Assembly (NCBI GenBank): GCA_045807285.1
Contig: JBJMHR010000013.1
Span: 358,770 to 422,769, forward strand
Reading direction: 5' to 3'
From: Actinomycetes bacterium
GTDB lineage: Bacteria > Actinomycetota > Actinomycetes > JAWWOW01
Length of the DNA stretch: 64,000 nt
Shown in pieces: positions 9,542-17,789 of this stretch (positions are counted from its first letter, which is position 1; each line of letters opens with the position of its first letter). The notes below the pieces were generated by a model. The model worked only from the letters and a program-made list of their open reading frames with translations. It searched no databases and was not told the DNA's origin. The translations under genes and the position numbers were made by a program.

Positions 9542-10411
9542 CTACTCGTCCAGCTTGAAGACGCGCATGGCGTTCTCGCGCAGGAACTTCGGCCAGACAT
9601 GGTCGCGGAACGAAACGTTCGGCAATTCGTCGAAGATCCGCTCGAGCGAAAGCCCCATCGGGTAGTAGCCGGCGTACATCACCTTGTCGGCACCACGCGT
9701 GTTCGCGTAGTCGACAACTGCCTTCGGGTAGTACTTGGGTGCGAACGCGCTGGTCATGTAGTAGAGCCCGGGCCACTTCAGCATGAGCTTCACGGCGAGC
9801 TCTTCCCACGGCTCCGCACCGTGTCGCATCACGATCCGCAGCTCGGGGAAGTCGTAACAGACCTGGTCGAAGTGCATGACGTCCTGGCACGCGGACGGCA
9901 ACCGCGGTCCGGCGATCCCGGCGTTCACAACGATGGGGATGTCGAGGTCGATACAAGCCTGGTAGATCGGGTAGTAACGCCGGTCGCTCACCGGCACTTG
10001 CGGGTTGCAGCCGGCCGGGAACGTCGTGACGGCCTTGATGTTGTGTTCGTCGTGCGCCGCACGGATGGCACGCACGGTGTCGGTGATGCGGTTCGGGTCG
10101 ACCTCAACCGCGGCAAAGAAGCGGTCCGGATGCTGCTTCACCGCCGTTGCGGCGATGCCGGGACCGAGGCCGACCATGCCCTTCGCAACACCGTATTTGG
10201 CCATCTCGCCGAGCGTGACGGCGATCGAGTCCTGTTCCTCGTCGAGCCGGTTCGGCACGTCCTTGAACATGTACTCGGCCGGAAACTCCATCTCCGCCGA
10301 CTCCTTGTCGTGCAGCTGAGGCTTCATGAAGTCGTAATGGCGACGCGCGTTCGCGCTCGGGAAGCCGATCATCAAGTCGACGACGCCGATGCCGGCCGGG
10401 TATCCGCTCAC
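9542..10411 (-). CDS. Amidohydrolase-2 family protein (TIM-barrel metal-dependent hydrolase, PF04909-like)
   Basis: 289 aa with amidohydrolase-2 features; no signal peptide. Confidence 0.8.
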   Translation of the reverse strand: MSGYPAGIGVVDLMIGFPSANARRHYDFMKPQLHDKESAEMEFPAEYMFKDVPNRLDEEQDSIAVTLGEMAKYGVAKGMVGLGPGIAATAVKQHPDRFFAAVEVDPNRITDTVRAIRAAHDEHNIKAVTTFPAGCNPQVPVSDRRYYPIYQACIDLDIPIVVNAGIAGPRLPSACQDVMHFDQVCYDFPELRIVMRHGAEPWEELAVKLMLKWPGLYYMTSAFAPKYYPKAVVDYANTRGADKVMYAGYYPMGLSLERIFDELPNVSFRDHVWPKFLRENAMRVFKLDE

Positions 10412-10436
10412 GGCGGGTCACCCTGTCGCGGGTTGC

Positions 10437-10450
10437 TTGACTCTGTCAAG
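10437..10450. promoter_or_regulatory. Palindromic operator candidate TTGACTCTGTCAAG in the divergent amidohydrolase/aquaporin promoter region
   Basis: Exact copy of the 14-mer at 5718-5731. Confidence 0.55.
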
Positions 10451-10524
10451 GTTACTTGTCGGCGCTCCGGCTTTGGGGCCACAGTGACGGCGACGGAAAG
10501 AACGGTCCTCAGCAAGGAGGGCAC

Positions 10525-11262
10525 GTGGACGTTCGTAAACTCGTCGCCGAAGCGCTCGGCACCATGCTGTTGGTCATCTTCGCCGTAGGGACGGCCACTG
10601 AGGCGTTCGGCTTCAAGCTCGCGGGTGACGTGTCATCGGGCGTCGTGATGACGGCGTTCGCGTTCGGGCTGGTGCTGTTGGCGCTCGCTTACACGTTGGG
10701 TCCGATCTCGGGCTGCCACGTGAATCCGGCGGTGACCGCGGGCTTCCTCGCCTCGGGCCGGCTGACGTTGCCCGAGGCGATCGGTTACTGGATTGCGCAG
10801 TTCGCCGGGGGCATCGCCGGGGCGCTCGTGCTGTTCGGGATCTTCAGCGGGACTCCGTCGTACAACCGCAAGACGACGGGGCTCGGTGCGGACGGCTGGG
10901 GCAGCCATTCGATCCTCGGCGTGAACGGCGGTGGCGCGTTCGCCGCTGAGGTCGTGCTGACGTTCCTGTTCGTGCTCGTCGTGCTCGCCGTCACAACGCG
11001 TTTCGCGTCACCTGGTTTTGCCGGGTTGGCGATCGGTTTGGCGCTGACCGTCGTTCACCTCGTCGGCATTCCGCTGACCGGTACGTCGGTGAACCCGGCA
11101 CGCAGCCTGGGTCCGGCGCTGATCGTCGGCGGTGACGCACTCAACCAAGTGTGGCTGTTCATCGTTGCGCCCCTCGTCGGCGGCGTTCTCGCTGCATTGC
11201 TGTACCGCTACCTGTTCCGCATCGCCAACGAAGTCGCCGCTGCGGAGGATCTGCAGCCTTAG
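10525..11262 (+). CDS. aqpZ: MIP family channel (aquaporin Z / glycerol facilitator-like)
   Basis: Two NPA motifs (HVNPAVT, VNPARSLGPA), six TM helices; AAGGAGG before GTG 10525 (ORF track start 10456 is probably too far upstream). Confidence 0.85.
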   Translation: MDVRKLVAEALGTMLLVIFAVGTATEAFGFKLAGDVSSGVVMTAFAFGLVLLALAYTLGPISGCHVNPAVTAGFLASGRLTLPEAIGYWIAQFAGGIAGALVLFGIFSGTPSYNRKTTGLGADGWGSHSILGVNGGGAFAAEVVLTFLFVLVVLAVTTRFASPGFAGLAIGLALTVVHLVGIPLTGTSVNPARSLGPALIVGGDALNQVWLFIVAPLVGGVLAALLYRYLFRIANEVAAAEDLQP

Positions 11263-11735
11263 CTCGACGCAGCCTCGACGGCGGGATAGTTGCTCTCGCG
11301 AAGGTCTTCGACGAAGCGACCCATCAGCTTCGCGAAGTCCTGTCGGTCCTTCTCCGACCACTGCGCCAGGACGCCGACCATGTGACCGTGCAGCACGGAT
11401 GCCAGCCGTTGATGCACGCGAAGCCCGGGGGGCGTCACCACGACCAAGTTGACGCGCCCATCCTCCGAGCTCGCGTACCGGCGTACCAGCCCATCTCGTT
11501 CGAGCTGGCCGACCTGGCGTGCTGTCGCACCTGCGTCCATGTGTGCACGCCGTGCGAGCTCACCCATCGGCAACGGTCCGTCCTGACTGATACAACGAAG
11601 GAGGACGTACGCGGGCTGGGACATCACCACGCCGGCGGTTTCTGCCTGGTTGGCATAGACCCGCCGGCTTGCGCTCATGCGGAGCAGTTGTTCGAGGTGT
11701 CGCTGTATCTGCGTCACGCTTTCGGCCTGCGCCAC
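11259..11735 (-). CDS. MarR family transcriptional regulator
   Basis: MarR winged-helix signature (MSQPAYVLLRCISQDGPLPMGELARRAHMDAGATARQVGQLERDGLV). Confidence 0.85.
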   Translation of the reverse strand: MAQAESVTQIQRHLEQLLRMSASRRVYANQAETAGVVMSQPAYVLLRCISQDGPLPMGELARRAHMDAGATARQVGQLERDGLVRRYASSEDGRVNLVVVTPPGLRVHQRLASVLHGHMVGVLAQWSEKDRQDFAKLMGRFVEDLRESNYPAVEAASS

Positions 11736-11756
11736 GCGGGGCAGGTTATCGCTTTA

Positions 11757-11771
11757 CTTGACTAGGTCAAG
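11757..11771. promoter_or_regulatory. Palindromic operator candidate CTTGACTAGGTCAAG immediately upstream of the marR start
   Basis: Same TTGAC-N3-GTCAA architecture as the sites at 5718 and 10437. Confidence 0.5.
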
Positions 11772-11779
11772 GACAGCCG

Positions 11780-12412
11780 TTAACGCGGGTCGACGCGGTC
11801 GATATTCCAGTGCCGTACGACGATGCCCAGGTAGTCGCCGTCCTCGAGCGGCTGCATCGCGAAGCGCGTGATCGTTCGCTGGCCACCCTCGTGGTCCCCG
11901 TACAGCAGGTAGACCGTCAACGTCTCGCCTGACTCGATCGCCTTGCGTGCCGCGAGAAACTCCGGATCGGTCGGGTCCCGCAGCGCGCCCTGCCAGAACC
12001 CAATGTCCCCCGCAGGGACGTAGATGTCCCGCGTGAGCCGATGGAACTCGCCGAGCTCGGGGTGCGGGACTTCACCCATCACGCGTTCGGGCACGAGGAC
12101 CCAGCCGTGCAGCACGGCGATGCCGGCGCCGACGTTCCGCAAGGACATCGTGAGGTAGATCGCCTCGTCGGTGGCCTCGGCAGCACCGCGCGAACCATTG
12201 AGCTTGACCCAGTGGTTGTCCTGGAAGCCCACCTTCACGGGCGGATCGTCGAGCCGCGACGGCATCAAGACGGGCCGGATGCCCGCCAGCAGCGATCGCT
12301 CAGCGCTCCGGGCGGCGCGGTTGCCAGAACGCACCGAGGCAAACGTCGCGACGGCGAGCACGAGCGTGCCACCGGCTGTGGCCAGTGACGAGATCGTCGC
12401 CCAGTCCGCCAC
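11780..12412 (-). CDS. Hypothetical membrane-anchored protein (N-terminal TM helix)
   Basis: ORF with N-terminal hydrophobic helix ISSLATAGGTLVLAVATFASV; no family recognised. Confidence 0.5.
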   Translation of the reverse strand: MADWATISSLATAGGTLVLAVATFASVRSGNRAARSAERSLLAGIRPVLMPSRLDDPPVKVGFQDNHWVKLNGSRGAAEATDEAIYLTMSLRNVGAGIAVLHGWVLVPERVMGEVPHPELGEFHRLTRDIYVPAGDIGFWQGALRDPTDPEFLAARKAIESGETLTVYLLYGDHEGGQRTITRFAMQPLEDGDYLGIVVRHWNIDRVDPR

Positions 12413-12478
12413 CGCTCCTCCTCGACTGTCAGAACGTCAGACGGCTCTAGCCGTCCGAGCGTCTGGCAACTCGGCAGG

Positions 12479-13609
12479 CTAGGACTTGGCAGTCTCGCGG
12501 AAGCGGGTGGTCCGGTGGACGGGATCCGTGTCGATCTTCGGGATCACGTGCTCACCGAGCAACCGGATCGTCTCGAGCGTGTCTTCAATCGGCGCGGGAC
12601 CGATACCGAAGACGAGCTGGTCCATGCCAGTGTCCGCCCAGCGCTGACACTGCTTGAGCGCGTCGTCCGGGTCGCCGATGACGAGGCCGCCGTACTGCGC
12701 GCCGAGCTCGGCCATCTCCGGTGTCGGGTCGGCGAGCACTTCCGGCCACGCCGGGATGTGCTGCGGCCGCGGGAACGTGTCGTGGTAGCGGTACACGTTC
12801 GACACCAGGTAGTTCGGCTTGCAGTTGACGTAGGAGTCGATCGCCTTTTGCTTGTCCTCGGCGACGTAGGCCGCGATGCAGCTCATGATGTTGTCGTTGA
12901 CGAACGCACCGACCGGCTCAGCGTTCGCGATGCCGTCCTTGTACGACTTCCGCAGCTTCTCGACCTTGTCGAGACTGTCGAGGGAGAAACCGAGCACACC
13001 CAGACCCATGCGGCCGGCCATCTCGTACGACGCCGGGTTGCCGGCGGCGTACCACATCGCGGCGTGACCGGGGCCGTACGGACGGGGCAGGATCTTGCGC
13101 GGCGGCAGTGACCAGTACTTGCCTTCGTAACCCTCGTAGGTCTCCTGCGTGAACATCTTGGGGAACTCGTAGATGACGTCTTCCCAGATCTCTTTCGTCA
13201 TGTTGGTGTCGGTGATGCCGGCGTGGTGCAGGAAACCGAGGATCTCGTGCGAGCCCGCACCGCGGCCGGTGCCGAACTCGAACCGACCGTGCGTGAGCTG
13301 GTCGAGATAGTTGACGCGCTCGGCAACCTTCGCCGGGTGATTCACCTGCGGCAGCGGGTTGAAGATGCCGGAGCCGACGTGGATGCGCTCGGTCTTCGCA
13401 GCGAGGTAACCCGCGACGACGTCGTTCGCCGACAGGTGGGAGTACTCGTCGAGGAAGTGGTGCTCGGTCAGCCACACGTACTTGAAGCCGGCCTTGTCGG
13501 CGGCGATGACCGCCTCGATGTCTTCGAAGATCGCGTGATGCTCGGCGTCCGGGTCGGTCTCCCGGCGGGAGTTCGGGACGAAGTTCTGGATGAAAAGGCC
13601 GAACTCCAT
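12479..13609 (-). CDS. LLM class flavin-dependent oxidoreductase (luciferase-like monooxygenase)
   Basis: MEFGLFIQNFVPNS... LLM signature; AGGAGG 6 nt upstream of ATG 13609. Confidence 0.9.
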   Translation of the reverse strand: MEFGLFIQNFVPNSRRETDPDAEHHAIFEDIEAVIAADKAGFKYVWLTEHHFLDEYSHLSANDVVAGYLAAKTERIHVGSGIFNPLPQVNHPAKVAERVNYLDQLTHGRFEFGTGRGAGSHEILGFLHHAGITDTNMTKEIWEDVIYEFPKMFTQETYEGYEGKYWSLPPRKILPRPYGPGHAAMWYAAGNPASYEMAGRMGLGVLGFSLDSLDKVEKLRKSYKDGIANAEPVGAFVNDNIMSCIAAYVAEDKQKAIDSYVNCKPNYLVSNVYRYHDTFPRPQHIPAWPEVLADPTPEMAELGAQYGGLVIGDPDDALKQCQRWADTGMDQLVFGIGPAPIEDTLETIRLLGEHVIPKIDTDPVHRTTRFRETAKS

Positions 13610-13622
13610 GGCTTGCCTCCTG

Positions 13623-13636
13623 TTGCAAATATGCAA
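13623..13636. promoter_or_regulatory. Inverted repeat TTGCAAATATGCAA in the divergent LLM/IclR intergenic region (operator candidate)
   Basis: 5-bp arms TTGCA/TGCAA separated by 4 nt, between divergent starts at 13609 and 13684. Confidence 0.35.
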
Positions 13637-13683
13637 CTGCTCGGTGCAGAATCGGAACGAACGGTAGCCCGAGGGGAGCGGAT

Positions 13684-14577
13684 GTGTCCAGGGAGTCGCC
13701 CCCCACCCGTCGCACGGTAGCCCTGCTCGACGCGGTTGTACGCCGCCCCGGGCACGACCACTCGCTCGCCGAGCTGGCGAAGGAAACCGGCATCAGCAAG
13801 GCCACCGCGCTCGGCATCCTGAACGAACTACAGCAATCCGGCTGGCTCACCCGAGACCCGGGGAACAAGACGTATCGCCCCGGTGCAGCCATGCTCGCCG
13901 CGGGCACGGCCGCTGACGAGGGGTTCGTCGCGGTTCATGCCACCAGGCCGCTGATGACGGCGCTGACGAAGGAGATCGGCGCGGTCTGCACGGCGTCGGC
14001 TGTCATCGACGGCCAGGTCACTGTGCTTGCCCGCACCGAGCCGGATGGGCGCGGCACTCCGGCGTTCCGCGTGGGCCAGCGTTACCCCTTCGCGCCGCCG
14101 TCCGGCGTGATGTTCGTCGCGTGGGACGACAACAAGACGGTCGAGGCCTGGCTGAACGAACCGCCGCTCGCGCCGCTGACGGTCAACAAGACCGAGCTGC
14201 GCGCGGTGGTGGCGTCTTGCCGGGAGCGTGGGCATCTCGTCGTCGGCCTCGGTGAGTCCGACGCCGGGTTGTGGTCACTGCTGTCGGAACTGCCAGACGA
14301 CGCGGTGTCCGCGCAGCTCGGCGTACTTCTGCAGCGACGCATGCCGGGGGGCATGCAGCCCTACGTGGTCGACAACATCGACGCGCGGAAGCGGTACGAC
14401 GTGAGTCTCGTCTGCGCGCCGGTCTTCGACCGCAACGCTGAGATGGCATATCTGCTCACGGTTGTCCTGATGCAAGCCGGCGTGCTTGGTCGCGACCTTC
14501 GCAACGTCACCAGCGCACTGGACCGTACCGCCGGTGAAGCGACGGCAACCCTCAACGGCCGCGACCCGTGGTCATGA
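13684..14577 (+). CDS. IclR family transcriptional regulator
   Basis: N-terminal HTH (LAELAKETGISKATALGILNELQQSGWL) plus C-terminal IclR effector domain. Confidence 0.85.
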   Translation: MSRESPPTRRTVALLDAVVRRPGHDHSLAELAKETGISKATALGILNELQQSGWLTRDPGNKTYRPGAAMLAAGTAADEGFVAVHATRPLMTALTKEIGAVCTASAVIDGQVTVLARTEPDGRGTPAFRVGQRYPFAPPSGVMFVAWDDNKTVEAWLNEPPLAPLTVNKTELRAVVASCRERGHLVVGLGESDAGLWSLLSELPDDAVSAQLGVLLQRRMPGGMQPYVVDNIDARKRYDVSLVCAPVFDRNAEMAYLLTVVLMQAGVLGRDLRNVTSALDRTAGEATATLNGRDPWS

Positions 14578-14602
14578 CCGCGCGGACATGGTGCGGCTGT
14601 CG

Positions 14603-15643
14603 CTAGCCACCCATGACGAGCGCGACCTTGCCCCCGACTGCTTCGTCGGCCACCTGATAGGCACTCGCCGCGTCATCGAGGGCGTATTGGTGCGTCACCG
14701 TCACCTCGGGGTGCAGATCCCACTGCACCAGGTTCGCGGCCAGCTCCTCCATCCGTCCGATGCTCGTCACCCACGAGCCGAAGACCGTGAGCTGAGAATG
14801 GATCAGTGCAGGGCTGACGTCGATCTCCATTCGCCCGCCCTCCCCCACGAGCACGCATCGCCCCCAGCGGCGCGTTGCCGCAAGTGCGGTTGACCGCGCC
14901 GCCCCCGAACCGGAGGCGTCAAGGCTCACGCTGCAACCGTGACCGCCCGTCAGCTCGCGGATGACGTCGACGGCATCCGCAGTTGCGATGACGCCGTGGT
15001 CGATCGCCCCGACATCTTTCGCAAGGGTCAGTCGGTCGGCCACGACATCCACGCCGATCCGCGGCCCGGCACCCATTCGCCCACCGAGCAGCCCCGCAGC
15101 AAGACCGACCGGACCCATGCCGGTGATGAGCAGGCTGTCGCGACCGGAGACGTCTGCCTTGCAGAGCGCTTCGTACGCCGTACCGAATCCGCACGCCACG
15201 CAGGCGCCGTCGATGAACGTCAATGAGTCGGGCAACGGGACGCAGGTTGACTCTTCGGCCAGCAGGTAGTCCGCGTGGCCACCGTCGCGCTGCCAGCCAT
15301 ACGCCGCACGCAACGGTGACGTGCAGCTGATCATGTATCCCGAGCGACAATCGGGACAGACTCCGCAGCCGGCAATGTGGTAAAGGATCACGCGATCACC
15401 GACAGCGAAACGGCGACAACCAGGGCCTACCTCGACAATGACACCGCAGGGCTCATGACCGGCAATGACATTGCGGTACGCCTCCGCTCCGCTGCCGAGA
15501 TGCTCTCGGTAGATGGCGCGAATATCGCTTCCGCAGATCGTCGATGCCTTCATCTGTACGACGACTTGCCCGTGGCCTGGCTGCGGGTCCGGTACCTCGC
15601 GGTAGGCCACCTCACGGTTCCCGGGCAGATAAACACCGCGCAT
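14603..15643 (-). CDS. Zinc-dependent alcohol/polyol dehydrogenase (MDR family)
   Basis: GHEPCG, second structural Zn site CGVCPDC, Rossmann GMGPVGLAA; start ATG abuts galK stop (TGAATG). Confidence 0.9.
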   Translation of the reverse strand: MRGVYLPGNREVAYREVPDPQPGHGQVVVQMKASTICGSDIRAIYREHLGSGAEAYRNVIAGHEPCGVIVEVGPGCRRFAVGDRVILYHIAGCGVCPDCRSGYMISCTSPLRAAYGWQRDGGHADYLLAEESTCVPLPDSLTFIDGACVACGFGTAYEALCKADVSGRDSLLITGMGPVGLAAGLLGGRMGAGPRIGVDVVADRLTLAKDVGAIDHGVIATADAVDVIRELTGGHGCSVSLDASGSGAARSTALAATRRWGRCVLVGEGGRMEIDVSPALIHSQLTVFGSWVTSIGRMEELAANLVQWDLHPEVTVTHQYALDDAASAYQVADEAVGGKVALVMGG

Positions 15644-16807
15644 TCAGAGATCCAATCGTTTCGCGCCATCGGACGTATGTGCGACGAACAATGTGGGTTC
15701 GGCGAACTCGGCGCGACGAAATGCCGCGCGCACTCCGTCGGACACGTCGTCGATGTCTGCGGTCGCGACGAGCGCGACGGCGCAGCCGCCGAAGCCACCA
15801 CCGGTCATCCGAGCTCCGTACGCGCCGCATTCGAGCGCGGTACTGACGGCGAGGTCGAGCTCGGGTATGGAGACCTCGAAGTCGTCGCGCAACGAGGCAT
15901 GCGATGCGCTCAGCAGGGGCCCAACACCGATGGTGTCGTCGTTGCTCAAGGCCTCGGCGGCTTGCAGCACCCGTGCGTTCTCAGTCACGACGTGCCGAAC
16001 ACGTCGCGCCAAAACAGGCTCGAGCCCGTCCGCTTGGTCAGCGGTGGCGTCGCGCAAGGCCGTGACACCGAGCTGAGCAGCCGCACGTTCGCACTCGCTG
16101 CGTCGGGTCGCGTAGCCACCGCCGGCGTTGGTGTGCTTGACGTTGGTATCGACAACGAGCAGTGCCACGTCGGCCGCGCTGAGATCGAACGGCAGCTGCC
16201 GGCTCGTGAGTGATCTGCAGTCCAGGAACAACGCGTGTCCGGCGCGGCCCAGCAACGCGATCGTCTGATCCATCACCCCAACAGGAGCTCCGACGATCGA
16301 CTGCTCAGCGCTTTGCGCGACTAACGCAAGTTCCTTCGGGTCCAGCCGGGCATCGGCCAGCTCACACAAGGCCAGACCGACGGCACACTCGAGCGCAGCA
16401 CTCGATGACAACCCACCGCCGACGGGCACATCGGAGTCAATGGCGACGTCGAATCCGCCGACGTCAACACCCCGCTCGCGCAGCGCCCACGCCACACCCG
16501 CCGCGTAGCCGAGCCAGTCGTGGGGCGGGCTGTCTGCCAACTCGTCGAGCACGACGGACTTGGCCGACCCACATTGCTCGGACCAGCCACGAACAACGCC
16601 GTCCCGCCGTCGCGCGACCGCAGCCATCGTCGACCTGTCGATCGCTACGGGCAGCACAAAGCCGCCGTTGTAGTCCGTGTGGTCGCCGATCAGGTTGACC
16701 CGGCCGGGCGCGCGCCAGACGCCCTCGGGGTCGCTGCCGAACGCAGTCCGAAAGCGCTGTGCAACCCGACCCGGGCGTGCGCTGTCAGCTGCCGACGACG
16801 TGCCCAT
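15644..16807 (-). CDS. galK: Galactokinase (GHMP kinase)
   Basis: APGRVNLIGDHTDYNGGFVLP and PVGGGLSSSAA GHMP motifs; start approximate (ORF track 16894). Confidence 0.9.
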   Translation of the reverse strand: MGTSSAADSARPGRVAQRFRTAFGSDPEGVWRAPGRVNLIGDHTDYNGGFVLPVAIDRSTMAAVARRRDGVVRGWSEQCGSAKSVVLDELADSPPHDWLGYAAGVAWALRERGVDVGGFDVAIDSDVPVGGGLSSSAALECAVGLALCELADARLDPKELALVAQSAEQSIVGAPVGVMDQTIALLGRAGHALFLDCRSLTSRQLPFDLSAADVALLVVDTNVKHTNAGGGYATRRSECERAAAQLGVTALRDATADQADGLEPVLARRVRHVVTENARVLQAAEALSNDDTIGVGPLLSASHASLRDDFEVSIPELDLAVSTALECGAYGARMTGGGFGGCAVALVATADIDDVSDGVRAAFRRAEFAEPTLFVAHTSDGAKRLDL

Positions 16808-17789
16808 CGGCCTCATCCAGGGCGCGCCGCAGCGCGGCCGCTGTTGCCTCGGGGACGGTGTCGTTGATGAACGCGCCCGCGGCAAGCTCGGCACCCGCGA
16901 GGTACTTCAGCTTGTCGGCCGTGCGGTACGGCGGGGTGAACTCGACGTGGAGGTGACTGACCGCGAGCCACTCCCCGTCATCAGTGGGCGACTGGTGCAT
17001 CGCCATCACGTAGGGCATCGAGAACGCAAACAAGCCGTCGTAGGCCCGCGCCACGTTGAGCAGCACTTCAGCGAACGAGCGGCGTTCCGGGTCGCTCAGA
17101 TCAAGCAGGCTGGCGGCATGTCGCAGCGACGTGACGTGCACCTCATAGGGGAAGCGCGCAGCGAAGGGGACGAAGGCCAGGAAGTCCTCATTGCTCGAAA
17201 CCACGCGCACACCATCGGACTGCTCGTGGGCAACAACGTCGCAGTACACACAGGTTCCGTGTTCGGCGAGGTGCGCGGCCGCGACGTCAAGCTCCCGCCG
17301 CGGACGCGGCGGTACGTCAGGAAAGCCGTAGATCTGACCATGCGGATGATCGATCGTGACACCGATGACTGCGCCCTTGTTCTCGAAGATGAACACGTAA
17401 CCGATGTCGTGCCGGGCCCCGAGGACGGCGTACCTGTCAGCCCACACGTCGATCAGCCGACGCACCCGCTCGATGTCGAGATCGGTGAAGGTCGCGTTGT
17501 GCTGATCGCTATAGAGCACGACCTCTGCTGCGCCGACCGCGGGCAGGACGTCGTACAAGTCGGAGGGTTGCACCGTCGGCTCGGGTGGCTGCGCCGACAA
17601 CGACGGGAACTGGTTGTCGAACACCACGATCTGGTACGCCGGTTCCGGGACCTCGGTGGTTGTCGTCGCACCGACGGGCGTCGGGCACAGCGGGCAGGCC
17701 TCGGCCGGAGGCAGGAACGTCCGGTCCTGCCGATGTGTGGCAAAGGTGCGCCACTCGCCGGTGACCGGGTCCCACCGTCGCTCGGTCAT
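16785..17789 (-). CDS. galT: Galactose-1-phosphate uridylyltransferase
   Basis: CPLCP zinc site and HPHGQIY HIT-like active site; ATGA overlap with GH2 stop. Confidence 0.9.
   Translation of the reverse strand: MTERRWDPVTGEWRTFATHRQDRTFLPPAEACPLCPTPVGATTTTEVPEPAYQIVVFDNQFPSLSAQPPEPTVQPSDLYDVLPAVGAAEVVLYSDQHNATFTDLDIERVRRLIDVWADRYAVLGARHDIGYVFIFENKGAVIGVTIDHPHGQIYGFPDVPPRPRRELDVAAAHLAEHGTCVYCDVVAHEQSDGVRVVSSNEDFLAFVPFAARFPYEVHVTSLRHAASLLDLSDPERRSFAEVLLNVARAYDGLFAFSMPYVMAMHQSPTDDGEWLAVSHLHVEFTPPYRTADKLKYLAGAELAAGAFINDTVPEATAAALRRALDEADGHVVGS

Noticed and set aside
12918-13907. 329-aa minus-strand ORF rich in Arg/Pro/Gly
   Set aside because: Antisense shadow of the LLM and IclR genes; composition typical of out-of-frame GC-rich sequence; no domain
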